A stretch of 64,000 bases of DNA, from positions 45,153-109,152 of the forward strand of contig JAJZHW010000005.1 of NCBI GenBank assembly GCA_021810805.1, in the 5' to 3' direction. Below, one piece after another: positions 18,302 through 27,385 of the stretch. The stretch comes from Nitrospirota bacterium (GTDB lineage Bacteria; Nitrospirota; Leptospirillia; Leptospirillales; Leptospirillaceae). Each line of letters starts with the position of its first letter. Within the stretch, counting starts at the first letter, position 1. The position numbers were made by a program, and so were the translations under genes. The notes below the pieces were generated by a model that ran no database searches, was not told where the DNA came from, and saw nothing but the letters and a program-made list of their open reading frames with translations.

Positions 18302-18586
18302 GTCGGTCTCCGGACCAAAAAGGTATCGTCCAATCCGGAATATTTTATACTTTATATATTATTGTTGATAATTTGAAGTGTCAATCTATTTTTCGTCCCC
18401 CTCCTCCCATTGCCGGTGCCGTGCATCCTTCTCCCGTCGGGCCTGGCGGGAGCGCATGGGGAAGCCTCCCGGAATCGGCGGCCTCCGGATTCCAGGTCGA
18501 GGCGTCGGCTCGTTTTTTTGAAAGATTCGGCTTTTTCGTTTTTTTGCCACGAGGGAGCTCCAAAAAGAAGAAGCGGAGGGCTGAAC

Positions 18587-19213
18587 CTATGACCCGCCTC
18601 TCCCCGGGGATGAAAATTGCCGCCAGGAGCCTCGAAGAACGCGCCGCTGGAGGGTTGAGAGATCGACGATGGGAGAGGATGGGAAGCCCGGTCGAAACCC
18701 TCCGTCGACAAGGGCAAGATCGGGGAAGACTCTTTGGATCTCTTCGGGGCGAGTCAGGGGAGGCTGGCCCGAGGGGTTGAGGCTTGTGCCAGAAAGGGGA
18801 GCATCAAGAAAGACAAGGAATTGCCGGAGGATCGGGTCGGGGGGAATGCGGAAGGCGACCTTCCCGTTCTTGGACATGCCGAGCGAGACCGCCAGAGGCG
18901 TGGCGGGAAGAAGAAAGGTCCGGAATCTGGGGGGATCCGCCAGAAAACGTCCCCGGCTCCCACCCTTCGGAAGAAAGGCAAATCGGGCGACAACCTCAAG
19001 ACTCCCCGCCATATAGAGAACCGGCTTTCCCGCGGGGCGACCTTTGATTCGGTAGAGACGTTGGGCGTCTTCCTGATTTCTCCAGAGTGGCACCTCTGAG
19101 AGGGCATAGGCGTATTCCGCCGGGAAGCCCAGAACTCCTCCCTGCCTCAGCCATTGCCGGATGGCGCTCCAGCCGGGCGTATGGAGGAGGGCAGGAAAGA
19201 CGGGCGGCCCCAC
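18587..19213 (-). CDS. tsaC: L-threonylcarbamoyladenylate synthase (YrdC/TsaC domain)
   Basis: YrdC motifs GGVLGFPAEYAYAL...RIKGRPAGKPV...SGTSLNPSGQPP. Start trimmed to GTG 19213, 4 nt after the purD stop; the longest ORF overlaps purD. Confidence 0.8.
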   Translation of the reverse strand: MGPPVFPALLHTPGWSAIRQWLRQGGVLGFPAEYAYALSEVPLWRNQEDAQRLYRIKGRPAGKPVLYMAGSLEVVARFAFLPKGGSRGRFLADPPRFRTFLLPATPLAVSLGMSKNGKVAFRIPPDPILRQFLVFLDAPLSGTSLNPSGQPPLTRPEEIQRVFPDLALVDGGFRPGFPSSPIVDLSTLQRRVLRGSWRQFSSPGRGGS

Positions 19214-19217
19214 TCCC

Positions 19218-20516
19218 CTACCCTTTTTCCTCGGGCTTTTTGTTTCCCTCCTCGGATGTTTCCCGGAGGGCGATATCGGGGCGGACCTGTCCGCCCTTAA
19301 GTCGAATCGTTCCCATGATCCGGTAGGCGGCCTCCCGGGCGCGCGCAAGGGTCTCCCCGCGACCCACGGACGTCAGGACCCTACCGCCGGAGGCGCAGAG
19401 AACGCCGTTCTTTCGTTCCACACCGGCGAAGTAAATGGCCCCATCGGGAAATGTCGTCCCGACAGGCGGAAGACCTTCGATTGGATCCCCGGTGAGGGGT
19501 TTTTCCGGGTAGCCGGCCGAGGCCAGGACAACGCCTACCCGGGGTGACGGGGCGATCGTCCAGTGTTTTTTGAGATCCCCGGCGGCAATCTCCTCCATCA
19601 GGGGAAGTGCGGACTCCCCTAGGGATTCAAAGAGGATCTGGGCCTCGGGATCCCCCATCCTGGCATTGAATTCAAGCACAGACGGACCCTCCTCGGTCAT
19701 CATGAGGCCGGCATAGAGAAAGCCCGAAAAAGGAGCCTCGGCCTTGGCCAGCCCCCACAGGCAGCGCTCGATGATCTCGCAGGCCCTCGCCTGATCGCCG
19801 TCACTCCAGCCGGGAACGGGAGTCAGCACTCCCATTCCGCCGGTATTGGGCCCCTTGTCCCCGGCCCCGATCCTCTTGAAGTCCCGGGCCGTGGGAAAGG
19901 GCACGAAGGTCTTTCCGTCGGTGGCCACGATGAACGAGACCTCCGGTCCGGAGAGGGCCTTTTCGATAAAGACCACCTCCCCGCCCGGAACCTCCCTGCG
20001 GTCGAGGTAGCGGCCAAGAGCCTCCTCCCACTCCTCGCGGGTGGAGACCACCGAGACCCCCTTTCCCTGGGCCAGGCCGTCGGCCTTGAAGACCAGCGGC
20101 AGCCCCCATCGTTTGAGGCACTCCTGGGCCTCCTCCCGGTTCGTGACGGTCTTCCAGGGGGCGGTGGGGATCCCGGCCCGTTCCATCAGCGCCTTGGCAA
20201 AGGTCTTGGAGCCTTCGATCCGGGCGGCCCGAGCGGTGGGGCCCACCACCGGGATTCCCCGCTCCAGACAGGCATCCACCAGACCGTCCATCAGGGGCTT
20301 TTCCGGGCCCACCACCACGAGTCCGCATCCGGCCTCGGCAATGGCCTTGGCCGCCAGGCGAGGATCCTCCGAAAGGGCCGGAGCGCGCTGCACTCCCTCC
20401 ATTCCGTCGTTTCCCGGAAAAAGGATGAGGCGCGATTTTGTACGGGAGCGCTGGAGGGCCGAGACCAGAGCATGTTCTCTGCCTCCCGAGCCGATCACCC
20501 CGATCGTCTTTTCCAT
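19218..20516 (-). CDS. purD: Phosphoribosylamine--glycine ligase
   Basis: MEKTIGVIGSGGREHAL...; ATP-grasp. Start at ATG 20516, preceded by AAAGGA. The longest ORF overlaps the purH end. Confidence 0.92.
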   Translation of the reverse strand: MEKTIGVIGSGGREHALVSALQRSRTKSRLILFPGNDGMEGVQRAPALSEDPRLAAKAIAEAGCGLVVVGPEKPLMDGLVDACLERGIPVVGPTARAARIEGSKTFAKALMERAGIPTAPWKTVTNREEAQECLKRWGLPLVFKADGLAQGKGVSVVSTREEWEEALGRYLDRREVPGGEVVFIEKALSGPEVSFIVATDGKTFVPFPTARDFKRIGAGDKGPNTGGMGVLTPVPGWSDGDQARACEIIERCLWGLAKAEAPFSGFLYAGLMMTEEGPSVLEFNARMGDPEAQILFESLGESALPLMEEIAAGDLKKHWTIAPSPRVGVVLASAGYPEKPLTGDPIEGLPPVGTTFPDGAIYFAGVERKNGVLCASGGRVLTSVGRGETLARAREAAYRIMGTIRLKGGQVRPDIALRETSEEGNKKPEEKG

Positions 20517-20538
20517 CGTCAGTCCTTTCCCCGTGGGA

Positions 20539-22107
20539 TCAGTGCTTGAAGTGGCGGACACCCGTCAGGATCATGAACATCCCGTATTCGTCGGCGGCCT
20601 CGAAGACCTCCTTGTCCCGGATCGATCCCCCGGGCTGCACGATTCCGGCCACGCCGAGCTTGGCCGCCTCGTCGATCCCGTCGCGGAAGGGAAAGAAGGC
20701 GTCGGAGGCCAGGACCGTTCCGTGGGTGGTCCGGTTGGCCTTCATGCCGGAGAGCCTCACCGAGTCGACCCGGCTCATCTGACCCGCCCCGATCCCGACG
20801 GTCACCCGGTCCTTGACCAGGATGATGGAGTTTGATCGCACATGCTTGCCGACGGTAAAGGCAAAGAGGGCATCCTCCCATTCGCTGTCGGTAGGTATCC
20901 GTTTGGTGGCAAAGGAGACCTTGTCCCGGGAGGGCATGACGATCCTGTCCGGGGTCTGAACGAGAAGTCCCCCCGAGACCGAGCGGAGCTCGAGGATCTC
21001 CTTCTCCCCTGCCCCGCCCCCAAAGGCTTCGGGTGCCTCGAGGAGGCGAATGTCCTTTTTCTTGGTCAGAACCTCGAGGGCCTCCGGAGAAAATCCGGGA
21101 GCGATGACCACCTCGAGAAAGATCTTGGCCATCTCCCGGGCGGTCTCCCCATCGACCGTCCGGTTCATGGCGACCACGCCTCCGAAGGAGGAGACGGGAT
21201 CGGTATCCCGCGCCTTGCAGTAAGTGTCCAGGAGGGAATTGCCGGTGGCGGCGCCGCAGGGGTTGTTGTGCTTGACGATCACGGTGGCGGGGCCGGAAAA
21301 CTCCTTCACCAGGGCCAGCGCCGAATGGGCATCGAGCACGTTGTTGTAGGAGAGCTCCTTGCCCCAACGCTTGACGGCCGTGCCCACACCCAAGTCGGCA
21401 GGATCGGAGGAGCGGTAGAAGGCGCCCTTCTGATGGGGGTTTTCTCCGTAGCGGAGAGTCTGGGCCAAGGTAAATGTCGGGCGGAAGATCTCCGGGAAGC
21501 CGTCCTTCGGTGCCCCCGAGAGATAGGCTGTGATCGCCGCATCGTAGGCGGAGGTCATCCGGAAGGCCTTGGCGGCCAGCTCCTGGCGAAGCTCCAGAGG
21601 AATGGAGCTCTTCGACTCGATGAGGGCGAGAATGCGCTCGTAGTCGGCCGGATCCACTAAGATGACGACATCCTGGAAATTTTTCGAGGAGGCTCGGACC
21701 ATGGCGGGACCGCCAATGTCGATCTGTTCGCAGGCCTCGTCGAGGGTCGTTCCGGCCTTGGCCACCGTCTTCTCGAAGGGATAGAGGTTGATGCAGACGA
21801 GATCGATGGGGGTGATTCCGTGGGTCTTCATCTCCGCCTGGTGGCCGGGGTCCTTTTTCTTCCCGAGGATCCCCCCGTGGATCTTGGGATGGAGGGTCTT
21901 CACCCGTCCGCCGAGGATCTCGGGGAAGTTCGTGACGCTTGCGACATCGGTGACGGCAACGCCGGCCGAACGAAGGGTTGCGGCCGTCCCCCCGGTGGAG
22001 AGGATTTCAACGCCCGCGGCGGCCAGGCGTTTGGCGAAGCCGTCGATGCCTGTTTTATCGGAGACGCTGATCAATGCGCGTCGGATTTCCTGGGAGGGCT
22101 GTGCCAT
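20539..22107 (-). CDS. purH: Bifunctional AICAR transformylase / IMP cyclohydrolase
   Basis: ALISVSDKTG...LSTGGTA...VKTLHPKIHGGIL... and C-terminus GIVQPGGSIRD...MFMILTGVRHFKH. ATG 22107 is preceded by AAGGAG. Confidence 0.93.
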   Translation of the reverse strand: MAQPSQEIRRALISVSDKTGIDGFAKRLAAAGVEILSTGGTAATLRSAGVAVTDVASVTNFPEILGGRVKTLHPKIHGGILGKKKDPGHQAEMKTHGITPIDLVCINLYPFEKTVAKAGTTLDEACEQIDIGGPAMVRASSKNFQDVVILVDPADYERILALIESKSSIPLELRQELAAKAFRMTSAYDAAITAYLSGAPKDGFPEIFRPTFTLAQTLRYGENPHQKGAFYRSSDPADLGVGTAVKRWGKELSYNNVLDAHSALALVKEFSGPATVIVKHNNPCGAATGNSLLDTYCKARDTDPVSSFGGVVAMNRTVDGETAREMAKIFLEVVIAPGFSPEALEVLTKKKDIRLLEAPEAFGGGAGEKEILELRSVSGGLLVQTPDRIVMPSRDKVSFATKRIPTDSEWEDALFAFTVGKHVRSNSIILVKDRVTVGIGAGQMSRVDSVRLSGMKANRTTHGTVLASDAFFPFRDGIDEAAKLGVAGIVQPGGSIRDKEVFEAADEYGMFMILTGVRHFKH

Positions 22108-22192
22108 GAATTCTCCTTGCAAAAGGGCGGTGATGGTGTGGTCTTGCATCTCATGAGGCAAGACATGGTGGCAAACTTGCGATATCTCTCCG

Positions 22193-23725
22193 CTAGAAGA
22201 CCTTGAGAAAAGGCGGAGGCAGCGTCGAAAGTCCGTCTTTGAACGAGGGGATCAGGTAGACGTCCGATTCGATGATGGGGCTCTGGTCCGAAGCCCCCCG
22301 GCGGGGGACGAGAATCGTCCCCAGATAAATCGTCTCTCCCAGGGTCCGGCCGATTTCATGGACGAATCCCCCGTGGGGGCCGTTCTGGACCAGGAGAACG
22401 GGGTGACCCACCAATCTTTTGGCGACGGTGCCCGGAAGGACCGTCGTCCGAAAGGGCCGCTTGGGACGGACCTGGTAGACGGGGGTGCGGCCGTACTCCC
22501 GGAATTTCAGCAAGGAGGTGTTGGGATAGCCTTCGACGATCCATGCGACGGGACGCCGGGAAAGCGGGAGGGTCGCAACCATCTTCCGGATCATCCGGTC
22601 CTCCGTGCCGAATCCCGCCATCCGTCCGGTGGGGTCCACGTTCGGATCGATGGGGATCACCGGCCAGAAGATCTGAACCCCGACGGCAAGGGTGGCCAGG
22701 ATCCCGAGGCCGGCCCCCACCGCAGCGGTCTTCAGGAGGGCCGGACGAAAGGACCAGGAGGAGACCATGGCCCCGGCGACGAGGAAGGCGCCGATGTAGC
22801 CCTCCACCGGCCAGTTGGCCTCGACCTTGGCCTTGAGGCTCGAATAGGCGAAGAAAAGAAGGATGGGATAGGAGGTGATCCAGAAGTAAAAAAGGGGGCC
22901 GGCGGGGTTCCTCCGGATCTCCCGGATTCCCCAGAAGGCGGCGGCAATCAGGATCAGGTAGACGATCGGCGTCATGACCCCGAACTGAGCTCCGAGATAG
23001 TCCAGAAGACCCGAAAGGGGAGAGTATTGATGCGCCTCCATCCCGTGGTGCCACTGGAACCGGAAGGAGGCCCAGTCGTGGGAGCGGTTCCAGAGGATGA
23101 CCGGAGTAAAGAGAGCCACTGCCAGAAGAAGCGATCCCCAGAGGGAGGGACGGGCAAGCCACGCCCGGCGCTTGGGAGAGGCCAGAAGGTAGAGAAAGAG
23201 GAGGGGCCCCAGAAGAACCATGGTGTATTTGCACAGCAGACCGAGTCCGAACCAGAGGCCCGAAAGCCCCATCGAGCGTCCGCTTCCCGTCTCCAGGGCG
23301 TGGTAGAACTGCCAGAGGGTGAGGGCAAAGAAAAAGATGACCAGGGAGTCGGGGGTGATGATGAAGGCCCCGGCGGAAAAAAGAAGGGAGGACGAGACGA
23401 AAAGGACTGCCCAGGCTCCCGCCCAGCGATCCTTCAAAAACTCCTTGCCCATCTTGTAAAGAAGGAAGGAGATGGCCGCGGAGATCAGGAGGGCGGCCAT
23501 CCGGATTCCCAGGGGATTCGTTCCGAAGAGGTGGGTAAAGAAGGCGATGGTCCAGGCAATCCCCGGAGGATGGTCGAAGTAGCTCATTTGGGGGTGCAGG
23601 GACCAGATCCAGTAGTAGGCCTCGTCGGCCACGAGCCCCGCCTTGAGCCCCAGCACCAGGTGAAAGAGGAAAAAAAAGGCGGCGAGGAGCAGGACAAGCT
23701 TGCCCGGTTCTTTTCGGAGGGTCAC
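22193..23725 (-). CDS. ArnT-like GT-C glycosyltransferase (GT39/GT83, PMT_2 type), paralogue 1
   Basis: Polytopic membrane protein with ADEAYYWIWSLHPQMSYFDHPPGIAW. Start at GTG 23725 in a GTGA overlap with the upstream GT2 stop. Confidence 0.8.
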   Translation of the reverse strand: MTLRKEPGKLVLLLAAFFFLFHLVLGLKAGLVADEAYYWIWSLHPQMSYFDHPPGIAWTIAFFTHLFGTNPLGIRMAALLISAAISFLLYKMGKEFLKDRWAGAWAVLFVSSSLLFSAGAFIITPDSLVIFFFALTLWQFYHALETGSGRSMGLSGLWFGLGLLCKYTMVLLGPLLFLYLLASPKRRAWLARPSLWGSLLLAVALFTPVILWNRSHDWASFRFQWHHGMEAHQYSPLSGLLDYLGAQFGVMTPIVYLILIAAAFWGIREIRRNPAGPLFYFWITSYPILLFFAYSSLKAKVEANWPVEGYIGAFLVAGAMVSSWSFRPALLKTAAVGAGLGILATLAVGVQIFWPVIPIDPNVDPTGRMAGFGTEDRMIRKMVATLPLSRRPVAWIVEGYPNTSLLKFREYGRTPVYQVRPKRPFRTTVLPGTVAKRLVGHPVLLVQNGPHGGFVHEIGRTLGETIYLGTILVPRRGASDQSPIIESDVYLIPSFKDGLSTLPPPFLKVF

Positions 23726-24576
23726 GGGCGTGTCCCCCCGCCTTTGGCCCGTCCGTACTTTTTCCGGAAGGTCAGGATGATCCGCAGGCTGTCGAGGAGA
23801 ATGCGGCGACTCAGCGTGGACTGGCCGAGGACTCTGTCCCGGAAGGTGATGGGGCATTCGGCAAGCCGATGGCCATTCTGGTGGACGATCAAGAGGATCT
23901 CCTGGAGGACGGAGGGGCCCCGGCTTTCAAGCTGATCCCAGGAAATGGCCTCGAGGAGCTCCCGGCGAAAGACCCTGTACCCCGAGGTGGCGTCCCGGTA
24001 AGGGAGCGCAAGAATGGCTCGGATATAGAGGTTGGCCGCCCGGGTGAGAAGCCTCCGGGCAAGGGTTCTTCCCTCCTCCCGCCCTCCCGGGACGAGCCGC
24101 GAGCCGATCGCGCCGCCCATGCCGGAGGTGATCGCGTAGAGAAGGGTGGGAAGGTCCTCCGGGGCGTGGGAGCCGTCGGCGTCCATCTCCCCGATGAGGG
24201 GCACTCCCATGTGAAGGGCCTGGATATAGCCGTCGATTCCGGCCGGTCCCCTCCCCTTGTTGTCGAGCCGCTCCAGAAGGTAGACATGGGCCACATGCTC
24301 CTTCTGGAAGGCCCGGACCCGGTCCGAGGTGCCGTCCGGAGAGTGGTCGTCCACGACCAGAACCCCGATGTCTTCGCCCTGGGAGATGATCCGGGAGAGG
24401 AGCCCATCGATGTTTCCCGACTCGTTGTAGGTGGGGAGGGTCATCAGGACCCGGGCCGGAAGACCCGGTCGTCGGGGAGGCACGGAGAAGATTGCCCGGG
24501 TTCCGGGAAGGGGGGCCAGCGTCAGGGTCGGGGGTCCAGACGTTTGGTTTGATATGGAAAGGGCCTCTCCGCTCAC
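23722..24576 (-). CDS. GT2 polyprenyl-phosphate sugar synthase (Dpm1/ArnC/RgtE-like)
   Basis: LMTLPTYNESGNI...VLVVDDHSPDGT...GEMDADGSH. GTGA overlap with the upstream GT9 stop. Confidence 0.8.
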   Translation of the reverse strand: MSGEALSISNQTSGPPTLTLAPLPGTRAIFSVPPRRPGLPARVLMTLPTYNESGNIDGLLSRIISQGEDIGVLVVDDHSPDGTSDRVRAFQKEHVAHVYLLERLDNKGRGPAGIDGYIQALHMGVPLIGEMDADGSHAPEDLPTLLYAITSGMGGAIGSRLVPGGREEGRTLARRLLTRAANLYIRAILALPYRDATSGYRVFRRELLEAISWDQLESRGPSVLQEILLIVHQNGHRLAECPITFRDRVLGQSTLSRRILLDSLRIILTFRKKYGRAKGGGTRP

Positions 24577-25802
24577 GGGGACGTCCTCTCCCTCTTCGGG
24601 AGGGGAGCCGCCTTGAGCTGGCGAACCACCGCCTCATAGACCTGCCGGGCATCGATCACCTCCATGCAGGAGGGGTGGATGTCGCAGGCGCGACGGTAGC
24701 AGGGGGCGCAGGAGAGCGGAGTGACGATCTTCTCCCCCCGGCCGAAGAGCTCGATCTCGTGGGGCTGGGTCGAGCCGAAGATGGCCACGACGGGACGGCC
24801 CGTGGCCAGGGCCACATGCATCCCCAGCGTATCCCCGGTGACCACGACGGAACAAAGGGAGACAAGCGCCGAAAAGACCCCCAAAGAAAGATTGGGTCCC
24901 GCCTCCTTGACGTAAGGGCTGGTGATCCTGCGGGCGATTTCGGCATTTCGGGTCGACTCGCGGTCTCCCCCGAGGAGGAGAACGGGGATCTTGGCCTTTT
25001 CGAGCTCCCGGATCAGTTCGAGGTAGCCCAATACTGTCCAGTCCTTGTTGACGAAGACGCCCCCGGCTCCCGTATTGAGTCCGACGAGGGGCAGGTCGGG
25101 GGAGAGCCCTTGGCCCGCCAGAAGGCGACGGGCCGTTTCGAGGTCCCGGGGAGAGATGTCGAGGTGGTAGTCGTCGATGGCGGGGTCGTAGGGCAGTCTC
25201 ACGGCCCGAGCCAGAAGGTCCGGATAGGTGCGGGTGTTGCCGTGGAACTTTTCCGGATTGTCGAGCCCCAGACGGTAGTAGTAGGCCATCTCGGGGTTGA
25301 ACGGATAGACGGCGCCCCGACCATCAAGACCCATTCCCCTCTTGTCCGGGGCATTGGCCACCATGGCCAGGGCGGCCACCTCGGGCTCCTTGTCCAGGGA
25401 GAGGACCAGATCGAAGCGTTCCGCATGGAGCCGAAAAAGGGTCGGGGCCGAGAGCGTCCAGATCCGGTCGACCTGTGAGGACGGAACGAGGGGAACGGCT
25501 CCCGGAGCGGTGATCCAGGTGATGTGGGAGTGGGGATAGGCCCGACGGATGCCTCCGAGGAGGATGGTCGTGCGGAGAACGTCCCCCAGGGCACCGGTCT
25601 TGAGCACCAGAATCCGGAAGCCCTGAGGGGAATATTCGGGGCACCCCTCGCAGGTTCGGGCAAAGCGGCAGGGGCGGTCCCCAATATAGTGGCGACAGTC
25701 GAGGGCCACGGGGAAACTTCCCTCCCCGGCCTCCCGGCTGAAATCTCGCCAGTTTTCGGGGAGAAAGGGGCGACCCTCGTCTCCCGGGAGCGGTTCCGTC
25801 AC
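24573..25802 (-). CDS. GT9 (heptosyltransferase-family) glycosyltransferase with N-terminal 4-Cys extension
   Basis: FRILVLKTGALGDVLRTT...VVTGDTLGMHVALATGRPVVAIFGST...CAPCYRRACDIHPSC. The N-terminus carries CX8CX5CX2C. GTG start in a GTGA overlap. Confidence 0.8.
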   Translation of the reverse strand: MTEPLPGDEGRPFLPENWRDFSREAGEGSFPVALDCRHYIGDRPCRFARTCEGCPEYSPQGFRILVLKTGALGDVLRTTILLGGIRRAYPHSHITWITAPGAVPLVPSSQVDRIWTLSAPTLFRLHAERFDLVLSLDKEPEVAALAMVANAPDKRGMGLDGRGAVYPFNPEMAYYYRLGLDNPEKFHGNTRTYPDLLARAVRLPYDPAIDDYHLDISPRDLETARRLLAGQGLSPDLPLVGLNTGAGGVFVNKDWTVLGYLELIRELEKAKIPVLLLGGDRESTRNAEIARRITSPYVKEAGPNLSLGVFSALVSLCSVVVTGDTLGMHVALATGRPVVAIFGSTQPHEIELFGRGEKIVTPLSCAPCYRRACDIHPSCMEVIDARQVYEAVVRQLKAAPLPKRERTSP

Positions 25803-27385
25803 GAATGTCCTTTCTTCGAGGGGGGAGTCCGGAAGGGAACCTGGCGAAATCCGATCAGCCAGTCCATGTAGAAGATGCGGGCCGGATGTCCTCGTCTCAT
25901 GACCACAAAAGGTTTCAGGGGGATCACCCGGTCGAAGGTTCCGGGAGGATAAAATGTCCGCGGATCGACCCGGTACTTGTCGGTGGAGACGAAGAGTCCG
26001 TTCTCGCCGGTAAAGCGGTGGGGATCGGTCCAGAAATCGAATCCGGTGATCTCATGGGACAGACATATTGTATGGTATGGCTGGCCAAGATAAAAGGCCA
26101 GAAGATCCGCCGTATTGAAGTGTTCGCTTGCAAAGTAAAAATTCGGTGTCACCCGCTCGGGATGGCGGGCCATCTCCTCCCGGACGACTCCGGCGAGTTG
26201 GCGAAATCCGAAGAGGTCGTTGGTGATGTCCACCCAGAGGGGAACCTGTGGGGGAAGAACGAGGGGGCGGAAAAAGAGCTGAAGCGTTGTCAGGAGGGCG
26301 AGGGTGACTCCCAGGAGGATCCCTCCCCAGGTCCAGGAGGAGAGCCGCCTGCGGTTCTTCTCCCCCCAGAGAAGGGCCAGGAGAGGAAGGGCCGTGAGGT
26401 AGCCCATGGCCGGCCAGTGGGGGAGAATCGGATGAAGGATGCCGATGGCATTGAAGAAGATAAGGGGAACCAGAGAGAGGATCCATAAAAGTCTGAGGGC
26501 GACAGGATCGGCTCCCTCCGGAGGGGACGACCTGAATGTCCTCAAAGACCAGAGGGCGTAAACGAGGAGAATGAAGAGAATCGGCGAGACATATCCCAGC
26601 TGGCCAAAGACCATCTGATAGAAGTGAACCCAGGAAAAATGCCATTCGAAGGAGCCGAGCCCGTGATTTCCCTGGAAGGCAAAGGAGGCCCAGCCATGGG
26701 TTGCGTTCCAGTAAAAAAGTGGTGTCGCCACAAGAATCCCACTTTCCAGGGACAGATAGGGGGCCGGCGAGAGGAGAAAATGTCTGTGGCGGTTCGATGA
26801 GGCCAAAAAGAGAAAGGTTCCGACCGCCAAAAGCACCCCGTTGTATTTTGAAAGGAGGGCCAGGCCGAAGGTGGCGCCCAGCAGGAGCCATCCCCCGAAG
26901 CGTGCTCCCCGCGAGAGCTCCTCGTAGCGGGAGAAAAGAACGGTGGCCACGAGGATATGGAGGAGCCAGAAGACCGAGAGGGGCGCATCGGGAAGGATCA
27001 GCATGGATCCCAGATAGCCGAACAGAGGCACAGCGTTGATGAGCAGGAGGCTTCCCGTGGCCATGGCCCGGGAGGGGCGGAGACGGATGGCAATCATGGT
27101 CAAGAGGATCGTGGAAAGCAGAAAGAGAATCGGGGCAAAGAGGCGCACTCCGAAGGCGTTCCATCCGGCCAGGGCCATGCCCGTCCGGATCAGAAGGGCC
27201 ACCATGAGCGGATGGTCGTAGTAGCTGGCCGAGGGGTGGGCGGCGTACATGAAGTAGTGGGCCTCGTCGTTTCCCAGATCGAATCGGCCGATCATGAAGA
27301 GGCGAAAGAGGGTGGGAAGCAGGAGAAGCCCCCCGACAAGCAGAAGAAAGCGCCGGGGCGAAAGGGATCGGAGAAAGGATGTCAT
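25799..27385 (-). CDS. ArnT-like GT-C glycosyltransferase (GT39/GT83), paralogue 2
   Basis: 528 aa polytopic protein; GNDEAHYFMYAAHPSASYYDHPLMVAL. ATGA overlap with the PAP2 stop. Confidence 0.8.
   Translation of the reverse strand: MTSFLRSLSPRRFLLLVGGLLLLPTLFRLFMIGRFDLGNDEAHYFMYAAHPSASYYDHPLMVALLIRTGMALAGWNAFGVRLFAPILFLLSTILLTMIAIRLRPSRAMATGSLLLINAVPLFGYLGSMLILPDAPLSVFWLLHILVATVLFSRYEELSRGARFGGWLLLGATFGLALLSKYNGVLLAVGTFLFLASSNRHRHFLLSPAPYLSLESGILVATPLFYWNATHGWASFAFQGNHGLGSFEWHFSWVHFYQMVFGQLGYVSPILFILLVYALWSLRTFRSSPPEGADPVALRLLWILSLVPLIFFNAIGILHPILPHWPAMGYLTALPLLALLWGEKNRRRLSSWTWGGILLGVTLALLTTLQLFFRPLVLPPQVPLWVDITNDLFGFRQLAGVVREEMARHPERVTPNFYFASEHFNTADLLAFYLGQPYHTICLSHEITGFDFWTDPHRFTGENGLFVSTDKYRVDPRTFYPPGTFDRVIPLKPFVVMRRGHPARIFYMDWLIGFRQVPFRTPPSKKGHS

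Noticed and set aside
18470-18500. Hairpin GGAATCGG-n6-CCGGATTCC in the right flank of the ATPase cassette as the tsaC terminator
   Set aside because: It is not followed by a T-run on the minus strand, and the stem has a bulge. It could simply be chance symmetry in GC-rich sequence.
19214-19348. N-terminal extensions of the longest ORFs for tsaC, purD, purH, cysE, lpxA, waaA, lpxL, gmhB, the oxidoreductase and GT4
   Set aside because: The extensions overlap the preceding gene in another frame and lack homology-like sequence. Internal starts coincide with 4-nt overlaps or SD-like sequences.
22358-23935. 525-aa plus-strand ORF. Similar long ORFs occur at 53581-55386 (+), 59924-61726 (+), 35509-36840 (-), 50595-52085 (+) and 43679-44944 (+)
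   Set aside because: All lie antisense or out of frame to genes with strong family motifs (ArnT-like, lpxD/skp, helicase, DAG kinase, lpx genes, GT9). They have low-complexity G/R/P/E-rich translations, which is a high-GC artefact.
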